NCBI GenBank assembly: GCA_041690595.1
Contig: JAWLHB010000002.1
Span: 124,001 to 188,000 of the forward strand
DNA length: 64,000 bases
Direction of reading: 5' to 3'
From: Lentisphaeria bacterium
GTDB taxonomy: Bacteria > Verrucomicrobiota > Lentisphaeria > JABSQK01 > JAWLHB01
Part shown: positions 1 to 10,460 of the stretch, piece by piece
Layout of the letters: the number at the start of each line of letters is the position of its first letter
Position numbering within the stretch: the first letter of the stretch is position 1
Made by a program: the position numbers and the translations under genes
The notes under the pieces: model-generated
What the model was told of the DNA's origin: nothing
The model's database searches: none
Seen by the model: only the letters and a program-made list of their open reading frames with translations

Positions 1-11
1 CCGATACGCCC

Positions 12-1274
12 ATGCTGATCGCCGGGTGGGACCTGGCCATGTGGTGGAAGAGCGGCGACGTGCGGGATCTGCTGGACGAACTGGATCCGGCCACCGCGAT
101 CGTCTTCGACTACAATGCCGACCAGGCGGGCCGCCGCACCTTCCGCGATTATGGCCTTCCCGGTCGGTTGCCATGGATCTTCGGCATGCTGCATGCGTTT
201 GCCTTCAACAACGAGATGCGCGGAGATTACGCCATGCTGGGCGAGCGGCTCGTCGAGGCGGCCGGCGATCCCATGTGCCGCGGCTTCCTCTTCTGGCCGG
301 AGCTTTCGCACAGCGACACCTTCGCCCTCGACTTCATTGCGGAGAAGGGTTGGCGCCCCGACCGGCTCACGCCGGCCGAGCTGGTCGAGGACTTCTGCCG
401 GCGTCGCTATCCGGCGCATCTGCGAAAGAGCTGGGAGGCGATCTGGCAGCGTGCGCTCCGTCTGATCTCGCTGGTGCGCTGGGGCGAGGGCGAATGGCCC
501 ATCAGCGCCTTTGATCTGGAGTTTCATCATCGCCTGCTGGAGAGCGATCAGTTCCGTCACCTCACTCCCGAACGCCTTGCGTACTACCAGGAGCGCTGCG
601 GGCAGGTGCATCCCCAGCTTGCCAGTCTCGTCTCGCTGCTCGACTCGATGGTCGCCATGGCCGGTCTGAGCGGCGACGATCCACGCCTGTGCCGCGACCT
701 GATCGACATCGCCCGCGCGGGCGCCAATCTGAGCCTGCGAACCATGTTCATGGACTACTGCGTCCGCCTGGAAGCGTGGCGCCATGGCCGGCAGAGAGCT
801 GAAGATCTCGCCGGTGCCGAGGGGGTTATCCGCACTACCTTCCAGGCCCTTGCCGACCTGCTTGAACAGAACGACGACTTCTCGTTGCGCCTGACGCTGG
901 AACGGCTGTCGAGCTTCGCGCCGCTCAATCCGGCCGCCGAGGCAACGCTGAAGAAGAACGCTTCCAGCTCCTACTGCCGCAACCAGACTTATGAAGTGGT
1001 CCGCTGCCTCTACTTGCCCGAGTTAGAAGTTTACTTCGAGCAGATGAAAGCCAAGCTGGCCCGCGACGACCGGTCGCCGTTCCAGGCGATCGAAGAGGAA
1101 AACGGTGCCATGGAAGCGGCGCGGCAGGGCATCTCCCGGAGTTTCATGGCGACGCCGCTCGCCCAGATGACCTTCACCAGCCTCCAATCGCCGGAGGAGC
1201 TTGCCTGCATTCTCACGACGCTGAAGCAGGAGGTCGAGCACTACCTTGCGGCAGCCTCAGGTCTCTTTACTTGA
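12..1274 (+). CDS. 5'-truncated glycoside hydrolase, alpha-N-acetylglucosaminidase (GH89/NAGLU)-like C-terminal part
   Basis: Frame is open from the window edge. PWIFGMLHAF, GFLFWPE, EDFCRRRY and the helical C-terminus resemble the GH89 motifs PWIWCMLHNF, G.G..PE and Y..RRYG. Confidence 0.5.
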   Translation: MLIAGWDLAMWWKSGDVRDLLDELDPATAIVFDYNADQAGRRTFRDYGLPGRLPWIFGMLHAFAFNNEMRGDYAMLGERLVEAAGDPMCRGFLFWPELSHSDTFALDFIAEKGWRPDRLTPAELVEDFCRRRYPAHLRKSWEAIWQRALRLISLVRWGEGEWPISAFDLEFHHRLLESDQFRHLTPERLAYYQERCGQVHPQLASLVSLLDSMVAMAGLSGDDPRLCRDLIDIARAGANLSLRTMFMDYCVRLEAWRHGRQRAEDLAGAEGVIRTTFQALADLLEQNDDFSLRLTLERLSSFAPLNPAAEATLKKNASSSYCRNQTYEVVRCLYLPELEVYFEQMKAKLARDDRSPFQAIEEENGAMEAARQGISRSFMATPLAQMTFTSLQSPEELACILTTLKQEVEHYLAAASGLFT

Positions 1275-2294
1275 TCTGAGCCGGAGCAGAACAGGCTGCA
1301 GCGCCTCTGCCAGGTTCTGGCCGATCAGCATGTGGCCGTAATCGCTGGGATGCACCATGTCGATGGTCATCCCGCCGATATCGGGCATCATCTCTCTTCC
1401 CTCGATGAGGAGTAGAGCATGTCGTGCGGCCAGCTCGCGCAGGATTGCGCTGAATTCCTCCTTGCGCCGACGCTGTGCGGCTTCGGCGGGGGCGAAATCG
1501 GAGAAGTGGGGAAATGGCGTCACCAGCACCAGCGGCCGCTCCGGGTGAGCGTTGTGGAGCGTCTCCACAAAATACGTGGCCCGCTCCCGGAAGGCATCGC
1601 CATCGAAGCGCCCGAGCATGTTGATGCCGAGTTCCAGGAGGGCGATGTCCCACTCCAGATCGTGGGCGAAGAAATCTGCAATCTCGGGCTCCAGCCAGCA
1701 GGATCCTCCCATCCCATAGTTGAGCACGTCCGCGCCCAACCGTCTGGCAAGATGCTGCACGTAGTGCCCGTCGACGCGCCCTGCCAGTGCCCCTTCCGTC
1801 AGGGACGAGCCGTAGGCGAGCAGGCGGATATCGGGCTGCTCGGAAGGGGTCGGTGGCCGTACGGGATGGCCGAAGGTCTGGAGGCGGTGATAGACCACAT
1901 GCAGTGGCGGCAGCAGCACCCGCCAGAGAGAGGGCGGGAAGCGCTGCCCCTTCCAGGCGTCGGGATCCACGTCGTTCAGCCGGGCTGGCGGCTGCAGGTG
2001 CAGGCAGAGCTGCTTTCCCGGCTCCAGCGGCACGACGGAATGGAGGATGTCACCGCGGAAGACCACCGCCGAGCGTTCCTCCTCGAGGACTGAGAGAAAG
2101 AGGCGGAGATGCGCGGCTTCTTCGCAGACAAAGCGCAGCTCCGCGCCGTTGGTATATTCGCTCACCCAGCGTGCATGTGGATTGAGAGCTTGGCGGACTG
2201 GTTGGGGAAAGCGCTGCAGTTGCAGCCCCGGCATGCCCTGTACCGGCTCCAACCCCACGACGTGATGAAAGCAGATGTTGTCGTGAATGATCAT
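1257..2294 (-). CDS. SGNH/GDSL hydrolase (esterase)
   Basis: Blocks YGSSLTEG, NYGMGG, ELGIN and DMVHP. Start moved to the ATG at 2294, which follows a GGAG RBS. Confidence 0.8.
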   Translation of the reverse strand: MIIHDNICFHHVVGLEPVQGMPGLQLQRFPQPVRQALNPHARWVSEYTNGAELRFVCEEAAHLRLFLSVLEEERSAVVFRGDILHSVVPLEPGKQLCLHLQPPARLNDVDPDAWKGQRFPPSLWRVLLPPLHVVYHRLQTFGHPVRPPTPSEQPDIRLLAYGSSLTEGALAGRVDGHYVQHLARRLGADVLNYGMGGSCWLEPEIADFFAHDLEWDIALLELGINMLGRFDGDAFRERATYFVETLHNAHPERPLVLVTPFPHFSDFAPAEAAQRRRKEEFSAILRELAARHALLLIEGREMMPDIGGMTIDMVHPSDYGHMLIGQNLAEALQPVLLRLRSSKET

Positions 2295-2395
2295 GCTGAC
2301 TCCATGGCTAGGGAATTCGTTGAACAAGAGAAGGATAGTGACCGGAATCATTCTGTCAACACGTAATCAGGAATCAGCGACAGGTCCGACGCCAG

Positions 2396-2487
2396 AATGT
2401 CCGTACAAGTGAATAATGGAAGGAACTTTGTTTGGCTGAAAAGGTTGCATCTGGTGAGTGTTGCGCGTAGACTAAGATGTACGTACC
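2396..2487 (+). promoter_or_regulatory. Sigma70 promoter with two AraR/GntR-type operator-like boxes
   Basis: TTGCAT(2445-2450)-17 bp-TAGACT(2468-2473); near-palindromes TGTCCGTACA (2398-2407) and TGTACGTACC (2478-2487). Confidence 0.6.
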
Positions 2488-2513
2488 TTTAGCCCCCAGC
2501 ACTTCAGGCTACC

Positions 2514-3659
2514 ATGAAAGAACGGATCCAAACCAATAGTCGTACGTCGAAATACCAGCAGTTGAAGACGATCCTGGAGAGCCGGATCCGCAAGAAGCAT
2601 TGGCTACCGGGCGACCAGCTTCCGTCGGAGCCGGATCTTGCCAGTCAGTTCGGGGTGAGCCGGCAAACGGTGCGTCAGGCGCAGGATCTGCTGGAATCGC
2701 AGGGCTGGCTGATGCGGCAGCAGGGGCGCGGCACCTTCGTCTGCAATCCGCCACGGCGCCCGAGGGAGCATAGCGCCGATGTATGCGATGTCGGGCTGCT
2801 GATCCCGTGCATCACGATTTCTCTTTATCCGGCTATTGCCCGGGGGCTGGAAGACATTCTGCGAGAGCAGGGCTTTCATCTGGTGGTCAGCAGCTACGAC
2901 GTGGTTCCGAGCAAGGAGGCGCGTTGCCTGCAGCTCATGCTGGAGAAGCCAGTTGCCGGTCTTGTCGCGTGTCCGTCGTACAACTCACGGTCGGGGGATT
3001 ACCAGGCGTTCATCGAGCAGGGGGTGCCTCTTGTGCTCATGGATACCAGCCTGGATGGAATCGAGGTGGACATGGTGGCTACCGACGACTATCGCTCGGC
3101 CTGCCAGGGTGCGACCGCCCTGGTCAAAGCCGGCTGCAAACATGTGGCGTTCCTTGCCGGCCATTTCACGGCCTCGACCTCCCTTGAGCGTCTGGCCGGC
3201 TGCCGCAGCGCGCTGGAAGCCGCGGGTTTGGAACTCCCCCAGGAGCTGATACATGAAGGGGACTTCACGGCCGCTTCCGGTTATGAGGCGGCCCGCCGGC
3301 TCTTGGCCGAGCATCCGGAGATCGACGGGTTGTTCATTGCTAACGACCCGATCGCGCAGGGCGCCATCCAGGCGGCGGCCGAACTTCGAGATTTTCCGAA
3401 CGCGTCGTTGCGGATCTGCAGCTTTGACGAGCCGGACGTGCCGCGCGATCAGCGCGACGCCCTGATCATGCTCAAGCAGGCCCGTTACGAGCTGGGCCAT
3501 GCGGCCGGGGAGAATCTGGTCAAGCGTATCCAGGAGCGGCGCAAGGAGCGCCAGCCGGCTGCGCCGAGACGACTGCGCATCGAGGCGGAGCTGGTGCTTC
3601 CGGGTGCCGGTGAAGCCGCCAGGTCTGCCATGGCTACGACGATCCTTCCCGCGCGCTGA
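2514..3659 (+). CDS. GntR-HTH plus LacI-type sugar-binding domain regulator (AraR-like)
   Basis: PGDQLPSEPDLASQFGVSRQTVRQA...QGRGTFV, followed by a periplasmic-binding fold (FIANDPIAQG, ICSFDE). Confidence 0.9.
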   Translation: MKERIQTNSRTSKYQQLKTILESRIRKKHWLPGDQLPSEPDLASQFGVSRQTVRQAQDLLESQGWLMRQQGRGTFVCNPPRRPREHSADVCDVGLLIPCITISLYPAIARGLEDILREQGFHLVVSSYDVVPSKEARCLQLMLEKPVAGLVACPSYNSRSGDYQAFIEQGVPLVLMDTSLDGIEVDMVATDDYRSACQGATALVKAGCKHVAFLAGHFTASTSLERLAGCRSALEAAGLELPQELIHEGDFTAASGYEAARRLLAEHPEIDGLFIANDPIAQGAIQAAAELRDFPNASLRICSFDEPDVPRDQRDALIMLKQARYELGHAAGENLVKRIQERRKERQPAAPRRLRIEAELVLPGAGEAARSAMATTILPAR

Positions 3660-3680
3660 TTACATCAAAGGAGGAATACG

Positions 3681-4481
3681 ATGAGAGCAGAGTCCGCATC
3701 CCCCCGTCGGGTACATTTCACACTTATCGAACTTCTGGTCGTGATAGCGATTATTGCGATTCTGGCCAGCCTCCTGCTGCCTGCGTTATCGAAAGCGCGG
3801 CATCGCGCGCGGACCACGCTCTGCATCAACAATCTGAAACAGATTGGAGGCGCAGTGGCCATGTATGCCTCGGATGAGGACGATTTCTTTCCTGTACGCA
3901 GCGGCAATCCGATCCCCAAGGGGACGGTGCTGAAGAAGGCGATGAAATTCGGTGGGAGGTGGTATCCATCCACCGGCAACGGTGGTGCCTGGGGAGGCTA
4001 CTGGGACAGCGTCCTGGCGAACAACTACTTTGGCCAGAGCGGGGAGAGTTTCTTCTGCCCGTCCGACCCTGGCGGGAGCAATCCGGGCAACGGCAGCACC
4101 CTCACGACCAGAGGCTGGGGATTGTCTCTCTGCGACTATCCGGGCTACCGCGGTCCCTCTTATGGGGTTCAGTATGTGCATGCGTATTTCGGGCTGACCT
4201 ACCGTGGTACGTACAGCACGAAATTCTATCATGGTTTCAGGCTCGGGACTATCGCTGCCTACGAGCAGGACAACCTGATGATGATTGCCGACTGGCAGAG
4301 CACCTACACCGGCATCTTCTATTCGCAGGCTGCAGGCGATCGGACCACCAACATTTACCTCAAAGGCGCCACGCACGGAAGCAGGCTGAATTTCGTCTCA
4401 CCGGACCTTTCCGTTCATAGTCAGGCTCTCGGCGTCATCAGTGCTTCCGACGACTACTGGATGCCCAACAAGCTTCCATAA
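3681..4481 (+). CDS. Prepilin-type N-terminal cleavage/methylation domain protein (DUF1559-like)
   Basis: [45 protein letters not shown] and a C-terminal H-X9-DL. Confidence 0.9.
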   Translation: MRAESASPRRVHFTLIELLVVIAIIAILASLLLPALSKARHRARTTLCINNLKQIGGAVAMYASDEDDFFPVRSGNPIPKGTVLKKAMKFGGRWYPSTGNGGAWGGYWDSVLANNYFGQSGESFFCPSDPGGSNPGNGSTLTTRGWGLSLCDYPGYRGPSYGVQYVHAYFGLTYRGTYSTKFYHGFRLGTIAAYEQDNLMMIADWQSTYTGIFYSQAAGDRTTNIYLKGATHGSRLNFVSPDLSVHSQALGVISASDDYWMPNKLP

Positions 4482-4511
4482 AGATGGGACTAGCAAGAGG
4501 GAGACTTCAGC

Positions 4512-5216
4512 ATGAGACAGTTACGGTTCACGTTAATCGAGTTATTGGTCGTCGTGGCGATAATCGCCATCCTGGCGTCGCTGTTGTTGCCGGCGCTGAG
4601 CCGGGCCCGGGAAACTGCCCGCAAAGTGCAATGCATGGGTAACCAGAAGCAGTTCGGCATAGCGTTTGCGTTGTACGGGGACGAGAACAACGATCGCATC
4701 GCCAACGGACATACGGAAGCGGGCGGTCAGATACCCGGCTGGCCCGGCGGTTACTGGTACGCCTATATCGAGCCCTACGTGGGTTGGGATGTCGTCTCGT
4801 ACCCGGCCACGGGGGTGTGGCACTGCCCAAGCAATCCCTATGCACGCAGTGGCAGCTATGGTCCCGGACTCACCGCCTCCTATGGGCTCAATTATCAGGG
4901 AGTGGCGCTGGGCTACTACACCCCTGCTCCCAATCCGCGTGCTATTCGCTTCGATCGCATCGTTCATCCGGAAGCGTACATCCTCTTCGGCGACAGCAAC
5001 AATCGCAACCGCGCCTACTACTATGAATGGCTCTACGCGATCAATGTGACGAACCCCCTTTGGTGCCACGACCTCGGCGGCAACATGCTCTGGGGCGATC
5101 TGCATGTTCAGTGGGTGAGCATGGACCGGGTTCTGACCAACAAGTGGCACTGGCTCTTCCATTCCTGGACTGGCTGCAATGGCATCGGCTGTACAGGCAA
5201 TGTGGTGCTGCCCTGA
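4512..5216 (+). CDS. Prepilin-type N-terminal domain protein (DUF1559-like)
   Basis: [42 protein letters not shown]9-DL. Confidence 0.9.
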   Translation: MRQLRFTLIELLVVVAIIAILASLLLPALSRARETARKVQCMGNQKQFGIAFALYGDENNDRIANGHTEAGGQIPGWPGGYWYAYIEPYVGWDVVSYPATGVWHCPSNPYARSGSYGPGLTASYGLNYQGVALGYYTPAPNPRAIRFDRIVHPEAYILFGDSNNRNRAYYYEWLYAINVTNPLWCHDLGGNMLWGDLHVQWVSMDRVLTNKWHWLFHSWTGCNGIGCTGNVVLP

Positions 5217-5248
5217 CCACAATCATCACCCCAAAGAGGAACGCCAGC

Positions 5249-5971
5249 ATGAAGAAGAGATCGACCAGCCGAGGCTTCACCCTTATTGAACTGCTCGTCG
5301 TTGTGGCGATAATCGCCATCCTGGCATCGCTGTTGTTGCCAGCGTTGAGCAAGGCTCGCGACAAGGCGCGAAGCGCCAGTTGTCTCAACAACGTGAAGCA
5401 GTTGCATCTGGGGATCACCGCCTACATCGATGAGTCGGACAACTACATGCCGTTCGCGTATGCCGAATATGGGGAAAAGCACAACTGGGTGCTTGCGGAG
5501 TCGGTGGGCGGCTATGTCGGGCGGACGAGCAATCCAACGGCGGCGGATACTTCGCCCGAGGGGGCCTTTGCCTGCCCCAGCGCACGGCCGGAGGAATTCA
5601 CGAGCACCTCGCAGAGTCGCTACAGCCACTATGGGGTGAGCGGCGACATCTTCATGACCAGTTGGCGCAGCTACTATCCGAAGATTCAGAAGTGGTACGA
5701 TCCGTCGATCAAGTGCGCGGTCATGGACACGCGTTCGTGGTATACGTGGTACCCGTACGCGTTTCTCTGGTATACGGCACACGACAAGCAGTCGCCGCTT
5801 GGCGCGATCACCTGGCGGCACGGACTCGGTTTCAACATGGCCTTTCTGGACGGTCATGCCAGGTGGTATGGCTATGATCCGCTGGATTTCCGCTACCGCT
5901 ACTATCGCCAGACGGGAACGGCAGATTTACTCTGTGATGTGATGTTCAACAACAGCCCCGACGGCAAATAA
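5249..5971 (+). CDS. Prepilin-type N-terminal domain protein with H-X9-DG C-terminal motif
   Basis: ATG at 5249 after [14 protein letters not shown]..., [20 protein letters not shown]. Confidence 0.9.
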   Translation: MKKRSTSRGFTLIELLVVVAIIAILASLLLPALSKARDKARSASCLNNVKQLHLGITAYIDESDNYMPFAYAEYGEKHNWVLAESVGGYVGRTSNPTAADTSPEGAFACPSARPEEFTSTSQSRYSHYGVSGDIFMTSWRSYYPKIQKWYDPSIKCAVMDTRSWYTWYPYAFLWYTAHDKQSPLGAITWRHGLGFNMAFLDGHARWYGYDPLDFRYRYYRQTGTADLLCDVMFNNSPDGK

Positions 5972-5988
5972 CTCAGGAAGAATCCATC

Positions 5989-6726
5989 ATGCCTGATCAC
6001 CGTTCACGCTTCACGCTCATCGAGCTACTGGTGGTGGTGGCGATAATCGCCGTTCTGGCGTCCATGCTCCTGCCGACTTTAGCCAAGGCGCGTGATACCG
6101 CACGCAGCACGGCCTGCCTCAGCAACCTCAAGCAGATCGCCACCGCCATGCAGATCTATGGCGACGAGCATGATGACTGGATCATCAACATGGATCCGTG
6201 CAACGTCGTCGGCTACAGCGCGACGGAAAGCTACTGGACCTATCGCCTCAGTCCTTACACCGGCATCGCTCCTGATGCCAATGCGTGGAAGGGGGTCTGG
6301 AAATGCCCCAGCAACACCTACCGGACAGGCTACGCCAATGCCAAGGGGAATCCTTCGGCTTCCTACGGCATCAATTACCAGGGGCTCTGCTATCACGGCT
6401 ACTACACCCCAGCCAGTTCGGGCTTCAAGTGCGGCTTCAAGATCTCGCGCACCATTCATCCCGACGCCTATGTTTTCGCCGGCGATACCCACCGCCGCGA
6501 CTTCGAAGTCCCCGCCGGACGCGTCATCTATTATCCGTACATCATCTGGCCCAGCTACACCGATCCTTTCGACAGCCACCGCTATGGCGGCAACATGATC
6601 TGGATGGACGGCCATGTCACGTGGCGCAGCAACGCCGATCTCGTCAACAATATCTGGGTCTGGTTCCATCATTCGTGGGGTGGCTGCAACGGGATATCCT
6701 CGAAGTGCCCGCCGCCCAGCGGCTGA
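5989..6726 (+). CDS. Prepilin-type N-terminal domain protein with H-X9-DG C-terminal motif
   Basis: RFTLIELL..., [24 protein letters not shown]. Confidence 0.9.
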   Translation: MPDHRSRFTLIELLVVVAIIAVLASMLLPTLAKARDTARSTACLSNLKQIATAMQIYGDEHDDWIINMDPCNVVGYSATESYWTYRLSPYTGIAPDANAWKGVWKCPSNTYRTGYANAKGNPSASYGINYQGLCYHGYYTPASSGFKCGFKISRTIHPDAYVFAGDTHRRDFEVPAGRVIYYPYIIWPSYTDPFDSHRYGGNMIWMDGHVTWRSNADLVNNIWVWFHHSWGGCNGISSKCPPPSG

Positions 6727-6796
6727 TAGGTCTGCCATCCATCTCCCCCGTTAACGACGTCCGACCAGCAATCGAGGCCGCTCGCGCATGTGCCAT

Positions 6797-9700
6797 ATGA
6801 AAAAAAACAGCCTGCTCCTTCTGATCACAACACTTGCCTGCCTCTCTCCTGTCGTGGCAGAGACGCTCTTTACCTGGACCGGAGCCGACACGACCAAGCC
6901 AACCGCGTGGGAGGCTGCCAGTAACTGGCAAGACGGGAAGGTTCCTGTCGCCGACACGGAGTCGGTCATCCGGCTGCCTGGCGGTTGTCCTGCCTACCCG
7001 GTGCTGGCGGCGCCGCTTTCGCTGAGCGCCGGCCAGTTGACGATCGAAAGTGGGGCACGGCTCGTGGTCAAGGGACAGCTGGAGCTTACCGGCGATCTTC
7101 GGCTCGAGGGCGCTGCCGTTGAGCCTGCCGAGCTTGTCCTTAACGACGACCTGGTGCTTGGTGGCGATCTGATCGCGGACGAGGGGCGGATCCATGCCGC
7201 GGGAACGGGATGGATCATCCTGAAAGCGGGCAATGTCCATCGCATCGTGGCGCCGGACGATGTCATGCTCCCACCGATTCGGCTGGCGGAGGGTGCCAGA
7301 GCCTCGATTGCCGGCGGGCAGCTCTACAGCTTGGGGCTGTGGCTGGAGAACGGTTCGCAGCTCGAGTTGAAGCCGGAACAGCGGCTGCTCTTCGGGGTGC
7401 ATCACCAGGAATGGCAGCGCGATCCGGCCGCCCGCATCGTCATCGTCGCCGCCCGTCCGTGGATTCCATATCGCTACAGCCGCGATCTTGTCATCCACGG
7501 GCGCATCACGGGGGTCGACACGGTCCCGTTCGAGATTCGCACCTTCCAGGATGGCCACGCCTGGACCATCACCGGTCACTGCACACCCACCGTCGGGGTG
7601 ACGCTCAACCGGCCTGATCTCGCCAGCCAACTCGAACTGAAGGATGGCAAGCTCCTGCTTGACGGCAGAGAGGTGCGCCCCGCCGACGATCTCGATTTCG
7701 ATCTGTTGGACGCTCCGGACGAGCCCGCCGTGCTCACCCGGCTCTCGCTCCAGCAGGTGGCGCTGCACGAACCCTCGGTGGAAGGGCTTGTCAACGTTGC
7801 TCCGCGCGCCCGGGGGCTCGCCAGCTCCCCTTCGATCGGTCAGCAGATCTCCAGGCTGATTGACGGCGATGAGGCGACGACCGCCAGCTTCCGCTCGGGG
7901 GTTACGCTGCCGGGCACCATTCGGATCGATCTGGGCGAAGCCGTGGAGGTGAGTGCCGTGCGGCTTCGGCAGACGTCGATCTGGACGCCACGCTTCCGCC
8001 TTCGCGCCGATACCACTGGCGACGGGGAGGGCGACAAGACTCTCGCCGTTGTCAACGGTCAGCCGAATGGATGGCAGACGGTGCCGGTACCGCCTGCACT
8101 GTGTCATGGCATCCTTCTGCAGGCACTGGAGATCCAGGGGGGCTGGGAGCAGAGCGCGCCGGCCCTGGGGGAGTTCGAGATCTACGCGACCGCGGAAGCT
8201 GCCAAGGCGCTGCCCGCCGCCGCACCCGCGGCGCAACCGGATCCCTCACTCCCGCGCCTTGTCGTGGGCGAGCCTGTCGAGGTCAGCTGGCCGCCGGCGC
8301 CCCGGAGTGCCGATGCACGGGTCCTGCGGCTGATCACCACCGACCTCTGGATGTTCGGCATCACCGGTGGCGAAGATGACCTGCCGCAAATGCCGCTCGC
8401 GGAGTATCCCCGCTTTGTCGAGACGCTGCGGGACATCAAGGAGATGGGGGCGGATGGTACGCTGCTTTTCATCGAGGCAAAGATGGAAGCCTTCTGGCCA
8501 TCGATAAACTTCCGCTCGTTCACCAACCAGCACTTCTGGGAGGCGCGAGCGAAAGCGGCTCTGCCGACAGCTGGTAATGAAACGCCGGCGCCCCTGGACC
8601 CGCCGAATCTGACCGACCTTCCGAGCCAGCGCGACCTGCTCCGCGAGTTTGTCGAGGCGATGCATGCGAACGAGCTGCAGGTGCACGTGATCTTTCTCGG
8701 GCGTTTTCCCGCCTGCCATGTCGGCCCCAAGGAGAACGATGTGTTTCGCACCCTCTGCGAAGAGGTGGTCGCCCGCGGGGTGGATGGCATCAGCCTTACG
8801 TGGGACGAAGCGTATCTGGGGCTGCCGCATCCGGAGGGGGAGAAACGGCCGGCCGACGATCCGGTGCGGGCAGCCTTTCACGAGCGTTTCGGCCCTGAAG
8901 CCAGTCTCCCAAAGGATATCTGGCAGCGCTCCGTCGATTACAAGCGCTGGGTGGTCTACTCCTATGAGCAGCACGCGCGGCGACTGGGGGGCTATGCCGA
9001 GGCGGTTCGCGCCATCAATCCGGACTGCGTCACCCTTACGGTGATCGGGTCGCATCCCATATCCTGCAACAATCGTATCACTTACGGGCTGGCGTATGAC
9101 GTTCTTGGCCAACTGGGGGGGATCGACTACCTGGGGTCGGATTATCTCCCTCGGGAGACGCGTCTCTTCGCGGCCGCCAATGTGCCGCGCTTCGGTGCCA
9201 TGGAGAACTTCGTGCCTCGTTCGGTGCGCGAGGGGATCGTCAGCGTCCTGCAGGGTGCCCGCATGGTCTCGTATTACCGGTACAACTATATCGAGATGCA
9301 GAAGTCGCGCGACCATCGTGTACGGGAATTTGCCTTCATGGATGCGCTGATGCGATGCGGCGTGACCCGTGCCCGGAGTGTCGGCGATGTCGCCTGCCTG
9401 ATCTCCCGCGCGTCGGAGGATTGGTGGGACAACGATCATGGCACCAACTGGCTGGCCGGCAATCCCGAGGCCAAACGGGGCTTCTGGAGCCACCGCGCCG
9501 TCAACCAGGCGCTCGGCGAAGGAGGCTTCGCCTTTGACCTGTATTACCTCGACCGGCCGGAGACGCTGGACGACCTCTCCCGCCATGCGCTCATTCTCCT
9601 GCCGTTCCCGTATGCGATTGGCGAGGAGGCGGTTGCGGCCATCGAGAAGGCGCATGCCGCCGGCAGCAAGGTGCTCATCCTTCAACGCGAGGGCGAAGTT

Positions 9701-10183
9701 GGCCCCTATGGTGCGGCCAACGATCCTCCCGCCCTCCGGCGCCTCATCGAGGCAGGCCGGGAAGACGGCAGCGTCCGGCTCCTCGATCGCGATCTGCTGG
9801 CGTGGGAAACGGAGCGGGACTTCCCGCGCGCGTTCGCCGCTGAAGTCGATACGCTTCTCGGCGAACGCCGCCAGCTCCGCCTTGCCACCCCGGGCAACGC
9901 TATCGGCAGCTACCTCTTCACCGATGGCGGCGACAAGCGCTACCTGCTGCTGGTCAACTGGCGCGATGAGGCGCGGCCAGTGGAGGTGGGACTCCGGATG
10001 CCCCCGACAGAATACCACCTGCTGTCGGTTTCCTCGGATAGCCCCCGCGAACCCAAGGCTGGCGTCCACGCCGGCAATCGCGCCTGGAGCGCGGCCGATC
10101 TGGCCCGCTTCGTCGTCGAGCTGACTCCCGGTGAAGTGCGCCTGCTGAGTGTGCAACCCAGCTCCGCGGCGGGCGAGCCTTGA
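6797..10183 (+). CDS. Large secreted putative glycoside hydrolase (discoidin-like, TIM barrel and beta-galactosidase-trimerisation-like domains)
   Basis: Signal peptide MKKNSLLLL...VVA; LIDGD..IRIDLGE..EFEIY (discoidin-like); DLLREFVEAMH..GVDGISLTWDE; GAT-like C-terminus. Confidence 0.6.
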   Translation: MKKNSLLLLITTLACLSPVVAETLFTWTGADTTKPTAWEAASNWQDGKVPVADTESVIRLPGGCPAYPVLAAPLSLSAGQLTIESGARLVVKGQLELTGDLRLEGAAVEPAELVLNDDLVLGGDLIADEGRIHAAGTGWIILKAGNVHRIVAPDDVMLPPIRLAEGARASIAGGQLYSLGLWLENGSQLELKPEQRLLFGVHHQEWQRDPAARIVIVAARPWIPYRYSRDLVIHGRITGVDTVPFEIRTFQDGHAWTITGHCTPTVGVTLNRPDLASQLELKDGKLLLDGREVRPADDLDFDLLDAPDEPAVLTRLSLQQVALHEPSVEGLVNVAPRARGLASSPSIGQQISRLIDGDEATTASFRSGVTLPGTIRIDLGEAVEVSAVRLRQTSIWTPRFRLRADTTGDGEGDKTLAVVNGQPNGWQTVPVPPALCHGILLQALEIQGGWEQSAPALGEFEIYATAEAAKALPAAAPAAQPDPSLPRLVVGEPVEVSWPPAPRSADARVLRLITTDLWMFGITGGEDDLPQMPLAEYPRFVETLRDIKEMGADGTLLFIEAKMEAFWPSINFRSFTNQHFWEARAKAALPTAGNETPAPLDPPNLTDLPSQRDLLREFVEAMHANELQVHVIFLGRFPACHVGPKENDVFRTLCEEVVARGVDGISLTWDEAYLGLPHPEGEKRPADDPVRAAFHERFGPEASLPKDIWQRSVDYKRWVVYSYEQHARRLGGYAEAVRAINPDCVTLTVIGSHPISCNNRITYGLAYDVLGQLGGIDYLGSDYLPRETRLFAAANVPRFGAMENFVPRSVREGIVSVLQGARMVSYYRYNYIEMQKSRDHRVREFAFMDALMRCGVTRARSVGDVACLISRASEDWWDNDHGTNWLAGNPEAKRGFWSHRAVNQALGEGGFAFDLYYLDRPETLDDLSRHALILLPFPYAIGEEAVAAIEKAHAAGSKVLILQREGEVGPYGAANDPPALRRLIEAGREDGSVRLLDRDLLAWETERDFPRAFAAEVDTLLGERRQLRLATPGNAIGSYLFTDGGDKRYLLLVNWRDEARPVEVGLRMPPTEYHLLSVSSDSPREPKAGVHAGNRAWSAADLARFVVELTPGEVRLLSVQPSSAAGEP

Positions 10184-10460
10184 GCGGCAGGGGAGAGGGG
10201 TGGGTTTGGGGTAGGACGGGATAAGAGAAGGGAGCGCCACTCATTCATGCGATACAGCTCCACTCGCTCCTCGCCTCCAAGAATGGATCATCTACAACTG
10301 CGCGTGCAAGCAGGCAGATTTGCAGTAGATTATGGATACGCGAGGATGTTGGTCAGAGAATAGTGGAGCGAAACGGTTGTCAACTCAAGGCGGTTACTGG
10401 CGCTGTGAGATATGCCAGTGCCTCGTCACGTAAGATTGATTGTGAGGAAGAAGTACGTGT

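Noticed and set aside
3681..6726. Diversity-generating retroelement or shufflon acting on the pilin array
   Set aside because: No reverse transcriptase or recombinase gene, no TR/VR pair differing at adenines, and every gene is full-length and co-oriented.
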